Source of the DNA: Amoebophrya sp. A120 | Lineage: Eukaryota > Protista > Dinoflagellata | Assembly (NCBI GenBank): GCA_905178155.1 | Contig: CAJINV010000003.1 | Location: 9,245,979-9,309,978, forward strand | Reading direction: 5' to 3' | Length of the DNA stretch: 64,000 bases | In this document: piece after piece, positions 63,047 through 64,000 of the stretch | Layout: the number at the start of each line of letters is the position of its first letter | Position numbering within the stretch: position 1 is the stretch's first letter | Position numbers and translations under genes: made by a program | The notes under the pieces: generated by a model | The model's input: only the letters and a program-made list of their open reading frames with translations | Database searches by the model: none | Told to the model about the DNA's origin: nothing

Positions 63047-64000
63047 ATACGTGCCCCGGTATCAATCCGGTTCGGGAACCGCCCCCTGTAAAGATTTCTC
63101 TCGCGCAACATGTACAACAGATTCCAGGCGGGCTGCGTGCTGTGTTTCAGCTTGTCCGTCGGCTTCATCTTTCTTCGATCATCTTCAAACAGCCTATCTA
63201 GCGCATACTTGACTAGTAAGTCTGAAACGGATTACGTATCTTGGTGGGGTAATAATAAAATATACAGGTGCTGGGTCATAGTTTTTTCCTTGCTCCAAAC
63301 TCGAAACCGTATATCACATTGTTCTAAGTGTTCCTCGCCGCAGGAAAATGATAGATTGCTCGTGTGGGCACACAATGCGATATTCCCTCTCGGGGTAGTG
63401 GTAGCGTATTCGAAATGAACAATTTGGTTTTGCCACTGCAATCAATACTAGGTCATACGGCGAGGTGTATGGTTCAGCGTCATACAGTGAACTCGGTATT
63501 CTCACGCGAGCCACGCTCGCAAGTGTCGCGTACACAGGATTGGCCCATTACTAAAGCTAACGCCGGCCCAGCAGCCACCTTCCTTCGCCTGGCGTATCTG
63601 CTACTAACTCTCGTCGTCCTCCAGCTCCTGCGTCGATTAAGCGGTGCCCACAGCTGCCTCCATTGCTGAGCGATAAATGCAGCAGTGCCACGTCATGACC
63701 GGCGCACTCGTGTCATTCCCTCCTGCAGGTAGATGAAACTTTTCACGGCCACGTAGACGATTATCAATGGAAAGCTGGAAGAAGATAGTATGCCTCGCGG
63801 TTTCTACCACTTTGGTCGCCTAGTATACTTCTCTACGCGCCGCCCGGTGTACTTATTTTCACATTTATCTTCATCTTCAACGTCTGCCTCTCGACATTCG
63901 ATCTCAATGTCTCCCGCATGAATTTCTGATTATCAAGCCAGTTTCTCTACATAATCTAAAACGATGCGCCCATTAGAGCGTATTCAGGCGAGACACTGAC

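Noticed and set aside
1-64000. Autonomous transposase, rRNA or tRNA genes; long plus-strand ORFs
   Set aside because: No DDE/RT/recombinase or structural-RNA signature recognised by eye; plus-strand ORFs are antisense shadows of GC-rich exons. Regions 1-1500, 20-23 kb, 25.3-27.5 kb and 60-64 kb probably hold intron-rich genes I could not resolve.

Overview
Eukaryotic nuclear DNA, most likely from an Amoebophrya-like (Syndiniales, dinoflagellate-related) alveolate. That assignment is inferred from two things: every recognisable gene lies on the minus strand, and introns are a mix of GT-AG and inverted-repeat-bounded non-canonical types. Genes: a synaptojanin-like SAC1 + inositol 5-phosphatase (~9.8-19.7 kb), a GH27 alpha-galactosidase (32.0-34.7 kb), a very large multi-CW-zinc-finger protein (35.3-47.0 kb), a C-type lectin membrane protein (48.4-52.5 kb), a CEP89-like coiled-coil protein (~54.7-59.8 kb) and several hypothetical genes. 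Main result: about 20 short (170-550 bp) non-coding elements interrupt exons. They have terminal inverted repeats starting TAT and ending ATA, and 5-bp target-site duplications (TSDs); 11 have perfect TSDs and about 10 are decayed. Removing element + one TSD rejoins the reading frame, in several cases rebuilding conserved motifs, and that exact removal is never GT-AG. A 6045-bp foldback-like element (1509-7553) has the same end signature and a 5-bp TSD. It has ~1-kb modular TIRs and a 244-bp satellite core, and encodes no transposase. A perfect twin-hairpin lies at 62974-63046. All gene models were reconstructed by eye, without RNA evidence.
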